A DNA stretch of 41,584 bases from the NCBI GenBank assembly GCA_010032125.1, contig RHAU01000001.1:1-41584 (forward strand). Direction: 5' to 3'. Origin of the DNA: Actinomycetota bacterium (GTDB lineage: Bacteria; Actinomycetota; Actinomycetes; Nanopelagicales; Nanopelagicaceae). Below the pieces are notes generated by a model that had not been told where the DNA came from, searched no databases, and worked only from the letters and a program-made list of their open reading frames with translations. Below are positions 27,747 through 37,636 of this stretch, in pieces (the first letter of the stretch is position 1; the number at the start of each line of letters is the position of its first letter). Position numbers and translations under genes: made by a program.

Positions 27747-30700
27747 GTGGCAACTTCTTCGCCATTCCGCGCTTTATCTGCGCAGATTGATCTTCCGGCA
27801 ATGGAACGCGAAGTGCTCACTTTCTGGCAGACCCAAGATATTTTCCATAAGAGCGTTGCTCAGCGCGCAGATGGAGATGCGTGGACTTTCTACGAAGGTC
27901 CACCTACGGCAAATGGAATGCCTGGCACACATCACATTGAGGCTCGAGTATTTAAAGATGTATTCCCCCGCTTTCACACCATGAAAGGAAAACAGGTTGT
28001 AAGAAAAGCAGGTTGGGATTGCCATGGACTTCCAGTGGAAATTGCAGTTGAAAAAGAACTTGGATTCTCTGGCAAAGGTGATATCGAGAAATTTGGTATC
28101 GCTGAATTCAATGCGAAGTGTCGCGAATCAGTACAGCGACATGTTGACGCCTTTGAAGCGATGACTACTCGGATGGGTTTCTGGGTTGATTTTGATCAAG
28201 CGTATTGGACGATGTCCAATGAATATATCGAAAGTGTTTGGTGGTCACTTTCCCAGATTCACGAAAAAGGTTTGCTTGGACAAGACCATCGAGTTGCGCC
28301 TTATTGCCCGAGATGTGGAACCGGATTATCCGACCACGAACTTGCGCTCGGTTATGAGACTGTCACAGATCCTTCTGTCTACGTTCGATTCCCCATCACT
28401 TCCGGGGAACTTAAAGAATTGGGTGCGAAATTCCTCGTTTGGACTACTACGCCATGGACTTTAGTTTCTAACACCGCCATCGCAGTCAACCCTGACGTGG
28501 ATTATGTAGTAGCGCGAACTGCACCCAGGGAAGATAGCGAAAGCGAAATTCTTGTCGTTGCCGAACCACTCCTGTCTGTCCTGGGAGATGGAAGTGAAGT
28601 AGTGAAGAAGATTCGCGGCAAGGATCTCGAACGGATCACCTACAGCAGACCTATGGGTCTTATTGATATTCCTGATTCACACTTTATTGTTCTCGCCGAC
28701 TATGTAACGACCGAAGATGGAACTGGATTAGTCCACCAATCCCCTGCATTTGGCGCAGATGACCTTGCTACGTGCCGCGCTTATAACTTGCCGGTGGTCA
28801 ACCCCATCGAAAGTAATGGCAATTTTCAGGCCGATATCAAACTCATCGGAGGCATGTTCTTTAAAGATGCAGACAAAGTCTTGATCAAAGATTTGAAGAC
28901 ACGCGGTCTGCTGTATCGCCATCAGCAATTTGAGCATAGCTACCCACATTGCTGGCGTTGTCACACACCATTGATCTATTACGCACAACCTTCTTGGTAC
29001 ATACGAACCACCAAAATCAAAGATGCGCTTCTTCGTGAAAACTCCCAGACAGATTGGCATCCAGAGACGATAAAAACGGGTCGATTTGGAGATTGGCTTA
29101 ACAACAATATCGATTGGGCTCTATCTCGAAATCGATATTGGGGCACACCGCTTCCCATCTGGAAATGCGAAAACAAGCATGAAGTTGCAATCTCCTCCCG
29201 CAAAAATCTTGAAGAGAAATCTGGAAAGAAACTGACGGAGTTGGACTTGCACCGTCCCTATGTTGATGAAATTACTTTCCCATGCGCGCAATGCACTGCA
29301 GTCATGACGCGAACTCCCGAAGTTATTGATTGTTGGTATGACGCCGGCTCAATGCCTTTCGCCCAATGGGGCTATCCGCATAAGGAAGGGTCCGTCGACA
29401 AGTTCAACAACTCATACCCAGCCGATTTCATATGTGAGGCGATCGATCAAACTCGAGGTTGGTTCTACACATTGATGGCAATTGGAACGCTTGTCTTTGA
29501 CAAATCTTCATATAAAACAGTTCTCTGTCTCGGACATATCTTGGATAAAGATGGCCGAAAGATGAGTAAGCATCTCGGTAACGTGCTCGAACCCATGTCG
29601 CTCATGGATCAGCATGGCGCAGATGCAGTCCGTTGGTACATGCTCGCCAGCGGTTCTCCATGGAGCGCACGACGAGTTGGACATGATGCAATCTCCGAAG
29701 TCGTCCGACGAACACTGCTCACTTACTGGAATACAGTCTCATTCCTTTCGCTCTACGCATCTGCATCAGATTTCGTGCCAGGAAATGCTCCCGATATCAC
29801 CAAACGCCCGATGATGGATCGCTGGATTCTTAGCGAACTTAACTCTTTAGTGGCGCGGGTGGATGCGGGATATGAAGGTTTTGACTCGCAAGATGTCGGT
29901 GAAGCAATCTCGGAATTCGTCGATCTCTTGTCGAATTGGTATGTCCGTAGATCGCGACGGAGGTTTTGGGATGGAGATGCTTCCGCCCTCACCACGCTTC
30001 ACGAATGTATCGAAACTCTGACGCTCCTTATGTCTCCGATGGTTCCTTTCATTACCGAACATGTGTGGCAGGTACTCCTGAGGCCCGTAAATTCGAAACT
30101 TCCGATATCAGTCCATCTTGCAGATTTTCCACGCTCGCAACGCGCGCTGATAGATCCGACACTGGATGCCCAGGTCGCTCTTACTCGCCGCCTCGTTGAA
30201 CTTGGACGCGCCGCACGCGCCCAATCACAAGTCAAGATTCGCCAACCACTTTCGCGAGCACTCATCGCTGCTTCGGGATGGAACGCTTTGAACGATGAGT
30301 TAATAGAGCAGATTGCAGATGAGCTCAACGTCGTATCTCTCGAAGACATTGCAGTCGCCGGCGGAGATCTAGTAGATGTTTCCGTGAAGGCGAATTTCAG
30401 ATCACTTGGTGCGAAATACGGAGCAGACGTTCAAGCAATTGCACGTTCTATATCTCAATCCAACCCATCTGACCTTGTCGCTGAAGTTCGCAGATCAGGA
30501 ACTTTTACTCTTGGTTACGAAGGCAAGAAAGCCGAGATAACGATGGAAGATCTAGTTGTCACGGAGACTCCACGTTCGGGTTGGGCTGTCGCTTCACATA
30601 CGGGAGAAAGCGTTGCGCTTGACCTCACCCTTACCGATGAATTAATCGCTCAAGGCATCGTGCGTGAAGCGGTGCGCGCCATCCAAGATGCGAGAAAAGC

Positions 30701-30890
30701 CGCGGGTCTTGATGTTTCTGATCGCATCAATCTCACCTGGAATGCAACGGAAGATTATGTGGCCGCCATCAAGGCAGGCTCTTCTCATATTGCTAGCGAA
30801 GTTCTCGCGCTTACCTTTGAACACGATTCAACTCTGAGCCCGTCACATGACGAGTTAGGTTTGACGCTTTCAATCTCGAAAGCCACATGA
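27747..30890 (+). CDS. ileS: Isoleucine--tRNA ligase (type 2)
   Basis: The ORF is open from ATG 27735. GTG 27747 lies 5 nt after GGAGG and is my preferred start. HIGH-type motif PPTANGMPGTHHIEARV, KMSKHLGN, editing domain; ~1047 aa. Confidence 0.95.
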   Translation: MATSSPFRALSAQIDLPAMEREVLTFWQTQDIFHKSVAQRADGDAWTFYEGPPTANGMPGTHHIEARVFKDVFPRFHTMKGKQVVRKAGWDCHGLPVEIAVEKELGFSGKGDIEKFGIAEFNAKCRESVQRHVDAFEAMTTRMGFWVDFDQAYWTMSNEYIESVWWSLSQIHEKGLLGQDHRVAPYCPRCGTGLSDHELALGYETVTDPSVYVRFPITSGELKELGAKFLVWTTTPWTLVSNTAIAVNPDVDYVVARTAPREDSESEILVVAEPLLSVLGDGSEVVKKIRGKDLERITYSRPMGLIDIPDSHFIVLADYVTTEDGTGLVHQSPAFGADDLATCRAYNLPVVNPIESNGNFQADIKLIGGMFFKDADKVLIKDLKTRGLLYRHQQFEHSYPHCWRCHTPLIYYAQPSWYIRTTKIKDALLRENSQTDWHPETIKTGRFGDWLNNNIDWALSRNRYWGTPLPIWKCENKHEVAISSRKNLEEKSGKKLTELDLHRPYVDEITFPCAQCTAVMTRTPEVIDCWYDAGSMPFAQWGYPHKEGSVDKFNNSYPADFICEAIDQTRGWFYTLMAIGTLVFDKSSYKTVLCLGHILDKDGRKMSKHLGNVLEPMSLMDQHGADAVRWYMLASGSPWSARRVGHDAISEVVRRTLLTYWNTVSFLSLYASASDFVPGNAPDITKRPMMDRWILSELNSLVARVDAGYEGFDSQDVGEAISEFVDLLSNWYVRRSRRRFWDGDASALTTLHECIETLTLLMSPMVPFITEHVWQVLLRPVNSKLPISVHLADFPRSQRALIDPTLDAQVALTRRLVELGRAARAQSQVKIRQPLSRALIAASGWNALNDELIEQIADELNVVSLEDIAVAGGDLVDVSVKANFRSLGAKYGADVQAIARSISQSNPSDLVAEVRRSGTFTLGYEGKKAEITMEDLVVTETPRSGWAVASHTGESVALDLTLTDELIAQGIVREAVRAIQDARKAAGLDVSDRINLTWNATEDYVAAIKAGSSHIASEVLALTFEHDSTLSPSHDELGLTLSISKAT

Positions 30891-30905
30891 GCCTGGAAGT
30901 TGATC

Positions 30906-32171
30906 TCAGGTAACGCGAGAAAGGCCGCTTTTCGCTTTTTTGTAATCTCCTGAAGCGACCAAATCTCTGATCCTTGCAAAGCCTTCGTAGATTTCTGCAA
31001 AGGAATTCGCCAAGGGTGAAATGGCGACGCGGATGGAGTTTGGTACCCGGTAGTCCGGAATTACATTCTTCAATTGTCGAAGCGCGATTGCGATCTGCTC
31101 AGCTTCTGGGTGGACCAGCGAAATATGCGCACCGCGTTTATGCGCATCTCGAGGCGTATTCAGGGAAAATCCCAATGGAGAAAGCCAATTATCGAAGAGC
31201 GTAATCATCATGGCAGTGCCGGCAGCAGCCTTTTTTTCGATTGCGCCAATTCCGGCCCGCTCAATCATTTCAAATGAGGACCGTACACATCGCAATCCCA
31301 TTAAAGAAGGACTTGCAATTTGAAAACCGCGAATCGATTCTTCGCGATCAAACTCTCGTCCCATTGCAAACTGATCTCGCTGTGCGAACCAACCTTGAAT
31401 TGGAACTCGCAATTCGCTCTGCATTGCCTTTGAAACATATAACCACGCAGGAGCACCTGGCCCCGAATTTCCATATTTATATGTGCAACCAACCGCCAGG
31501 TTTACTCCGTTGTCGTCAAAATTCATCTGCACCGATCCGATGGCATGCGCAGCATCCCAGAGCATGAGAGCGCCGTACTTTTCGACAAGTGCATTGATCG
31601 CCCGGATGTCGTGTCGAGCACCCGCGCGATATTGAACGACTTCGAGGCTTACCAGCGCTACATCATCACTCAAATATTGCTCAAGTAATTCAGGAGTTAT
31701 CAATTCGTTCGCTGAGATCGATGGATTCTCATTCTCAATCATCACCAGATGTAGTCCGAAGGTTTTGGCTAGACCTTGAAGCACGTATCGATCTGTTGGG
31801 AAATTGGCGGCATCTGTAACGATGGTCTTGCGACCAGGACGCGCCTGAATGGCTGCTGACGCAAGCTGGTAGAAATTCACCGAAGTGGTGTCACAGGCGA
31901 GAACTTGGCCGGCAGCCGCACCAAGTGCGCTGCGACCAATCAGATCTCCCGTTGATTGCGCCTCGTCCACCCAATGGCTCCAACCGGTGACAACTTCACG
32001 TCCCCATTCCTCGACCATAAATGAGTTAATTGCTTTTATTGTTGAGTGCGGCAGCCGACCTAAGGAATTTCCATCTAGATAACAGGTGTCAGGATCGACA
32101 ATCAGAAATTCATCGCGAAAAGATCGAAGCGGATCGGCCTTATCGAGCTCTTCAGCGATTTTTCGTTCCAC
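30906..32171 (-). CDS. kynU: Kynureninase-family PLP-dependent hydrolase
   Basis: 421 aa; ..CYLDGNSLGRLP.., ..EEWGREVVTGW.., ..DTTSVNFYQ.., ..NFPTDRY.., ..GCTYKYGNSGPGAPAW.., ..GWFAQRDQFAM.., ..AHKRGAHISL.. are colinear with Pseudomonas kynureninase as I recall it. GTG start 3 nt after the yggT stop. Confidence 0.8.
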   Translation of the reverse strand: MERKIAEELDKADPLRSFRDEFLIVDPDTCYLDGNSLGRLPHSTIKAINSFMVEEWGREVVTGWSHWVDEAQSTGDLIGRSALGAAAGQVLACDTTSVNFYQLASAAIQARPGRKTIVTDAANFPTDRYVLQGLAKTFGLHLVMIENENPSISANELITPELLEQYLSDDVALVSLEVVQYRAGARHDIRAINALVEKYGALMLWDAAHAIGSVQMNFDDNGVNLAVGCTYKYGNSGPGAPAWLYVSKAMQSELRVPIQGWFAQRDQFAMGREFDREESIRGFQIASPSLMGLRCVRSSFEMIERAGIGAIEKKAAAGTAMMITLFDNWLSPLGFSLNTPRDAHKRGAHISLVHPEAEQIAIALRQLKNVIPDYRVPNSIRVAISPLANSFAEIYEGFARIRDLVASGDYKKAKSGLSRVT

Positions 32172-32174
32172 TGC

Positions 32175-32453
32175 TTACCGCAGAAGTGAGATGAGGATTT
32201 GAATCCCGAAGAAGAGAACGATGAAGGACATATCAAGTGCTACTGGTCCCATGCGCAACGGCGGTATGAAGCGTCGCACAAAACCAAGTGGTTTATCTGT
32301 GATGGTGTAGACGATTTCAAAGAGCGGCAAGAGAATTCCGCGCGGACGAAATCCGGGACGGAACATCCGAATGTAATCAATGATCAGCCGAGCAAAGAGT
32401 GCAAAGAGAAATAGCTCTAGTGCAGTTGCAATCCAACTTTGAATATCAACCAC
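32175..32453 (-). CDS. yggT: YggT-family membrane protein (YlmG)
   Basis: 92 aa, two TM segments. Position directly downstream of sepF as in other actinobacteria. ..LIIDYIRMF..FEIVYTITDKPL..RRFIPP.. is YggT-like. Confidence 0.85.
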   Translation of the reverse strand: MVDIQSWIATALELFLFALFARLIIDYIRMFRPGFRPRGILLPLFEIVYTITDKPLGFVRRFIPPLRMGPVALDMSFIVLFFGIQILISLLR

Positions 32454-32464
32454 CGGAGTGGAGG

Positions 32465-32920
32465 TCAGCTCTGGTTAAAGAAGCTGGCTTCTGCTGCGGC
32501 GCTTTTCTCTTCGCTGCTGACAGATACGTTTGGAGGGGTTAAGAGAAAAACTTTTGATGTTACTCGCTCGATTGTTCCTGCGTGACCAAAAACAAGTCCA
32601 GATGCGAAATCAATAAGTCGACGTCGCTCTGACTCTTCCATATCACTCAAGTTCATGATGACTGGATTGCCTTCGCGATAGAACTCACCGATCGCACGCG
32701 CTTCGCTGTACACGCGAGGAGTGATTGTCACAATGCGGTCCATATTCTGCATTGGGTTCATCGGTAACTGTTGTTGGTGAATTGGCGTTGGTGCAACTGC
32801 CAACTTCTTTGGTGCGGCCACTGGGGAAGGGCGCGATGGTGTTGGGGTTTGCGAGAGTTCAGCACCCTCGTCCTCGGTCAAGCCGAGGTAATCCGTAAGT
32901 TTTCTGATCGACATAGCCAT
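32465..32920 (-). CDS. sepF: Cell division protein SepF
   Basis: 151 aa; N-terminal MSIRKLTDYLGL (FtsZ/membrane-binding helix type), a Pro-rich linker, and a C-terminal SepF core ..ITPRVYSEARAIGEFYREGNPVIMNLSDME..RRLIDFASGLVFGHAGTIERVTSKVFLLTP. Confidence 0.9.
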   Translation of the reverse strand: MAMSIRKLTDYLGLTEDEGAELSQTPTPSRPSPVAAPKKLAVAPTPIHQQQLPMNPMQNMDRIVTITPRVYSEARAIGEFYREGNPVIMNLSDMEESERRRLIDFASGLVFGHAGTIERVTSKVFLLTPPNVSVSSEEKSAAAEASFFNQS

Positions 32921-32929
32921 ACGTGAATT

Positions 32930-33592
32930 TTACGGTTGAGGGCTACGCGTACCGAGGATTGAACTACCTATTCTGATGTGTGTCGCTTCAAAGCGGAGCG
33001 CAACTTCAAAATCGCCACTCATTCCCGCGGAAATATATGTTGATTCTGGTGAAATTCCACGTAACTGATGTGAACTCTGTCGAAGTCGCTCGAATGCACG
33101 AGCGGGATCACCATTCACAGGCGCTATTCCCATCACTCCAACGATGGAGATTGCCGGAAGTTTGAGAACTGATTGAGCTAAAGGAAGTAGATCTGCAGGA
33201 GCGACTCCCCCACGTGCTGATGGATCGTCATCGAGGTTTACTTGAAGAAAAACCTTTTGAACTTTACTTAATTCTTCTGCTTTCTGCGAAATCTTTTCGG
33301 CATGGTGAAACTCGTCAAGTGAGTGGATGTAATCAGCCCAGGTAACGATTGTTGAAATCTTCTTACTCTGGATTTGGCCCTGAAAATGCCAGGTTACATC
33401 GGCCGGAAGCGCCTCCGATTTAGGCGCAGCTTCTTCGCTGCGATTTTCGCCAAAATTTCGCTCTCCTAACTGATAGAGGATTTCGATATCTGAAAGCGGA
33501 AAAGTCTTGGTTACGACAATGAGCGTCTTCTCGCTGGGAATCTTTGACTTCACCGCAGCCAGCGCAGCCGCAATATCATCCCGTCGATTCAT
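32930..33592 (-). CDS. yggS: YggS-family PLP homeostasis protein (YlmE)
   Basis: 220 aa; ..LIVVTKTFP.., ..FGENRSEEA.., ..WHFQGQIQSKK.., ..LSAGMSGDFEVA..ATHIRIGSSILG are YggS motifs. Confidence 0.9.
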   Translation of the reverse strand: MNRRDDIAAALAAVKSKIPSEKTLIVVTKTFPLSDIEILYQLGERNFGENRSEEAAPKSEALPADVTWHFQGQIQSKKISTIVTWADYIHSLDEFHHAEKISQKAEELSKVQKVFLQVNLDDDPSARGGVAPADLLPLAQSVLKLPAISIVGVMGIAPVNGDPARAFERLRQSSHQLRGISPESTYISAGMSGDFEVALRFEATHIRIGSSILGTRSPQP

Positions 33593-34272
33593 AACCAGAC
33601 CACTCCAGCCTGGCGACCGGTTCGATCATCTCGACGATAAGAAAAATATCCACCATCGTGAAGTACACACTCATTCGCTACTGTGAAAGAAATTCCCTCT
33701 CGTTTCAATAGATGCTGCAGACCGCCGGAAACATCAACACATCGGCGGGACTCATCGGTACCTGCTTCAGGGATTTCGTTCACTACCTCTCGATAGGTCT
33801 CTAGATCTACTTCGTAACAAGCTTTACAAATCGATGGACCGATCTCAGCGCGTATCTCACCAGCGGTAATTCCTTGGTTATGAAAGTGTTCGAGAGTTGA
33901 TTGAAAGACGCCAGCAACGAGTCCTTTTCGACCCACATGAACTGCTGCAACGGCCCGAGTGGAGATAAGCAACAATGGCGTGCAATCTGCAATGAGAGTT
34001 ACTAGAGCCTTGCCTGGAATCGTCGTAAATAGAGCATCAACGCTCGGAACTACAGTCGAATCAGAATTTTGATCAATGACTGCAACATCTCGTCCATGTA
34101 CTTGATTCATGAAGTAGATCGACGACAGTGGTAATCCGATGCGAGATGCGAGGATTTCTCGATTCTTCTTTACCGTTTCCACGTCATCTCCGACATGCAT
34201 GGCCAGATTAAGTGAATCGAAAGGTGGCGCGCTCACACCTCCAACACGAGATGTGAAAAGAGTATGCGCCAT
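33589..34272 (-). CDS. pgeF: Peptidoglycan editing factor PgeF / YfiH (DUF152 laccase-domain protein, YlmD)
   Basis: 227 aa; ..FTSRVGGVS..PFDSLNL..HVGD.., ..MNQVHG.., ..ADCTPLLL..AAVHVGRKGL.., ..IGPSICKACYEV.. Conserved position after ftsZ. Confidence 0.85.
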   Translation of the reverse strand: MAHTLFTSRVGGVSAPPFDSLNLAMHVGDDVETVKKNREILASRIGLPLSSIYFMNQVHGRDVAVIDQNSDSTVVPSVDALFTTIPGKALVTLIADCTPLLLISTRAVAAVHVGRKGLVAGVFQSTLEHFHNQGITAGEIRAEIGPSICKACYEVDLETYREVVNEIPEAGTDESRRCVDVSGGLQHLLKREGISFTVANECVLHDGGYFSYRRDDRTGRQAGVVWL

Positions 34273-34274
34273 CC

Positions 34275-35402
34275 CTACTTCATGAAATCAGGGATATCGA
34301 CTTCATCCTCGGAGACGAGTTCTTGGAATGTAATTCTTCGACGAGGCTTCTCTTCAGTGCCCATAGCAACCGCGATGGGATCATTTGCGGGAATCGGATT
34401 TGCCTGACCGTTGAGTTCTTCGGTTGAGATCACAGGTTTTGAAATCTTCTTCGGCTCTCCACCTTCGAACCCTGCAGCAATAACGGTCACTCGAACTTCA
34501 TCGCCAAGGGAATCGTCAATCACCGTTCCGAAGATGATATTTGCATCGGGATGGGCGTACTTGGTGACTAATTGCGAAGCCTCATGAATTTCAAAAAGTC
34601 CTAGATCTGAACCGCCGGCGACAGAGAGCAATACGCCATGCGCGCCATCAATCGATGCCTCCAAAAGTGGCGATGAAATAGCAAGTTCTGCAGCGCGTGT
34701 AGCTCGAGATTCACCGCGAGCCGATCCGATTCCCATAAGTGCAGAACCTGCTCCATGCATAACGCTCTTTACATCGGCAAAATCAAGGTTGATAAGGCCT
34801 GGTGTTGTAATCAAGTCTGTGATTCCTTGAACACCCGAAAGCAAAACTTGATCGGCTGACTTAAAAGCTTCCGGCGCAGAAATTGATCGATCCGAAATAG
34901 AGAGAAGTCGATCGTTTGGAATGACAATCAAGGTATCTACTTGCGAACGAAGACTTTCAATTCCTTCATCTGCTTGCTGCGCCCTTCTTTTGCCCTCGAA
35001 TCCAAATGGTCGCGTTACTACGCCAACGGTGAGAGCACCGAGATCTTTTGCAATTTTTGCAACGATAGGTGCGCCGCCAGTTCCTGTTCCGCCGCCTTCG
35101 CCCGCAGTTACAAAAACCATGTCGGATCCGCGAAGCGCTTCTTCGATTTCTTCGGTGTGATCGATTGCTGCTTGCTTTCCAATTTCAGGATTCGCGCCAG
35201 CACCAAGTCCGCGCGTTAATTTTCTTCCGATATCTAATTTCACATCGGCATCACTCATGAGAAGTGCTTGCGCATCAGTGTTGATTGCAATGAACTCAAC
35301 GCCTTTAAGACCTGCATCAATCATGCGATTGACTGCGTTAACACCGCCGCCACCGATTCCAACAACTTTGATGACTGCCAAATAATTCTGTGGTGTTGCC
35401 AC
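34275..35402 (-). CDS. ftsZ: Cell division GTPase FtsZ
   Basis: 375 aa; [17 protein letters not shown], tubulin signature [15 protein letters not shown], and the conserved C-terminal peptide [10 protein letters not shown]. Confidence 0.97.
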   Translation of the reverse strand: MATPQNYLAVIKVVGIGGGGVNAVNRMIDAGLKGVEFIAINTDAQALLMSDADVKLDIGRKLTRGLGAGANPEIGKQAAIDHTEEIEEALRGSDMVFVTAGEGGGTGTGGAPIVAKIAKDLGALTVGVVTRPFGFEGKRRAQQADEGIESLRSQVDTLIVIPNDRLLSISDRSISAPEAFKSADQVLLSGVQGITDLITTPGLINLDFADVKSVMHGAGSALMGIGSARGESRATRAAELAISSPLLEASIDGAHGVLLSVAGGSDLGLFEIHEASQLVTKYAHPDANIIFGTVIDDSLGDEVRVTVIAAGFEGGEPKKISKPVISTEELNGQANPIPANDPIAVAMGTEEKPRRRITFQELVSEDEVDIPDFMK

Positions 35403-35519
35403 GATGCGCCTCTCTTTGAACCCTAATTCTCAACTTTAGACTTAGAGTTAACTCTTGATGTGCGCGCAAAAGTAGGCGCGGAGTTGTTACTGGGCAAACA
35501 CCGACACGAATTATTTCTT

Positions 35520-36245
35520 TTACTTCACGACGGGATTTATCGGATTGCTGACATCGATCTTTCCAATTTTTTTATTCTCTGGTTGCGCAAGAAGTTCATT
35601 AATGACCTTTATTTTCAATTCAAACTCTTTGACACTTCCCCAGGAAATATCCAAATACCGTTTTCCGATACGTACTTTGCTGCTGAGATTGCCATTATCA
35701 ATCGCCTCTACGCTCACCACAGTGAGTCCCGCGCCCTTCAGTTTCGCCAGAAGAGTGACGGCGCTACCCCTCAGGGCTTCGCTCTGGGTGCGAAGAGTCA
35801 GGATCGGCAAGGTTGCCCAATCGACCTCTCCTGCCCTCGACGCCGAAGTAACTGCATCTTTCGGCAGGTAGAAAAGTGAGAGATCCTTGCCAAGAAATCC
35901 GACCGACGAAGCTCCACTTTCTCCACTCAATCGAGCAAGTGGTTCTCGTGGCGAGACCGAAATCCTGACGACTCCAGTGAAGAAATTTCTCCGAATATTT
36001 ACGTCGTCAACCCAAACCATGGTGCGAAGTCGAGCGGTGATACCTCGGCGATCGACACGAGCCATCGGCGCTCCGATATTTATTAGTTGTGGCGGTTCAG
36101 ACAACTTCAATTCAATCTGCTTTTTGATGTCGCTCTCTTGTGTCGAAATCTCAACGCGATCGACTGCAAGAAGGCTCGTCCAGCCCAATACATAAGCACA
36201 GAGACATGTGATGATGACAGAGATGGGAAGTGCGATCCGTTTCAT
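35520..36245 (-). CDS. ftsQ: Cell division protein FtsQ
   Basis: 241 aa; single N-terminal TM helix followed by POTRA/FtsQ-type domain features. Located between murC and ftsZ. The ATG overlaps the murC stop (ATGA). Confidence 0.8.
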   Translation of the reverse strand: MKRIALPISVIITCLCAYVLGWTSLLAVDRVEISTQESDIKKQIELKLSEPPQLINIGAPMARVDRRGITARLRTMVWVDDVNIRRNFFTGVVRISVSPREPLARLSGESGASSVGFLGKDLSLFYLPKDAVTSASRAGEVDWATLPILTLRTQSEALRGSAVTLLAKLKGAGLTVVSVEAIDNGNLSSKVRIGKRYLDISWGSVKEFELKIKVINELLAQPENKKIGKIDVSNPINPVVK

Positions 36246-37636
36246 GAACTTTGAAGATTTGTCACAATCAAAGTGCCCAGAGAACTAACATCGCCTGCAC
36301 CCAAAGTAAGTATGAGGTCTCCTGGTGTCGCCATTGCGATTACCGATTCGATAACAACGGGCATGGAGGGTTCATAGGTGACCGTGCCCTCAGCCATTCG
36401 TTGTGAGATAGAAAGTGATGAGACTCCTGGAATCGGCGATTCACCAGCAGGATAGACCTCAAGGAGAAAGGTGTGATCGGCCTTCCCTAGTTCTTCTGCA
36501 AACTCACGGGTAAAAGCTCGAGTACGCGAAAATCTATGTGGTTGGAAAATAGTGAGAACGCGCCCCGAACCTGCGTAAGTTCGCGCTGTTTCTAACGTTG
36601 CGCGTACCTCAGTTGGATGGTGGCCATAATCATCGACAACGGTAATCCCGTTGACTATTCCTTTGATTTCAAAGCGCCTGCGAGCACCTGTGAATAGCGC
36701 CAAACCAGCAATCATTTCCGCTGCAGGAATTCCAAGGTGAATACCCATCAAGAGCGCCGCGGCAGCATTAAAGAGATTGTGTCTACCCGGAATCGAAAGT
36801 TGAATCTCGCCAAGCACGCGGCCTTGATGAGTTACGCGAGCGCGCGAGGATGTAGCGTCGACAACAATCCGATCTAATCTGAGTTCGGGATCTCCCTTCT
36901 CGCCATAGGTGCTTACTCGAAGCGTGGTTTGGCCCGCAACCTCTGTGAGCAAACGAAGAACTCCGTCATCGTCGCTACATGCCACCAGGACACCGTTTTT
37001 CTTAATAGTTCCAACAAAATCTTTGAATAGAAGATCAATTGCGGAAATATCTTGAAAGTTATCAACGTGATCCAATTCGATGTTAGTAACGATTGCGGCC
37101 TCCGGTTTGTATGCCGTGAAGGAGCCATCAGATTCATCAGCTTCAACAACAAAAATATCGCCAGAACCTTGATGGGCGTTGGTACCAGAATTTCGAATTG
37201 TCGCTCCAATGACGAAGGAGGGATCCCTACGCGCATGTTGAAGCGCCACGGTAAGCATCGAAGTCGTAGTCGTCTTGCCATGCGTGCCGGCGATTGCGAC
37301 AGAGCGATATCCCTCAAGAAGTAGTGCGAGAAATTCGGCCCGTTGCATCACGGAAATTCCTGCGGTACGCGCCGCAACTATCTCAACATTGTTCTCCGCG
37401 ACTGCCGAAGATCGAACGACAATATCGGTACCGGGACGTAGAGAAGCGATGTTTTTAGCATCGTGCTCGGTGGAGACTTCAATGCCAATAGTCCGAAGCG
37501 AGTTAAGTATTGAAGAGTCGTGGTAGTCAGAGCCGCTCACTTTTCCGCCTCGAGCAGCAACAATCCGTGCAATACCGCTCATTCCAGAGCCGCCAATACC
37601 AATGAAGTGAACTCGCAATCCGTTCCAATCCATCAT
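36242..37636 (-). CDS. murC: UDP-N-acetylmuramate--L-alanine ligase
   Basis: The ORF is open from 37759, but ATG 37636 (MMDWNGLRVHFIGIGGSGMSGIA) overlaps the murG stop (ATGA) and matches the MurC N-terminus. Mur ligase P-loop IAGTHGKTTTTSM. Confidence 0.93.
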   Translation of the reverse strand: MMDWNGLRVHFIGIGGSGMSGIARIVAARGGKVSGSDYHDSSILNSLRTIGIEVSTEHDAKNIASLRPGTDIVVRSSAVAENNVEIVAARTAGISVMQRAEFLALLLEGYRSVAIAGTHGKTTTTSMLTVALQHARRDPSFVIGATIRNSGTNAHQGSGDIFVVEADESDGSFTAYKPEAAIVTNIELDHVDNFQDISAIDLLFKDFVGTIKKNGVLVACSDDDGVLRLLTEVAGQTTLRVSTYGEKGDPELRLDRIVVDATSSRARVTHQGRVLGEIQLSIPGRHNLFNAAAALLMGIHLGIPAAEMIAGLALFTGARRRFEIKGIVNGITVVDDYGHHPTEVRATLETARTYAGSGRVLTIFQPHRFSRTRAFTREFAEELGKADHTFLLEVYPAGESPIPGVSSLSISQRMAEGTVTYEPSMPVVIESVIAMATPGDLILTLGAGDVSSLGTLIVTNLQSS

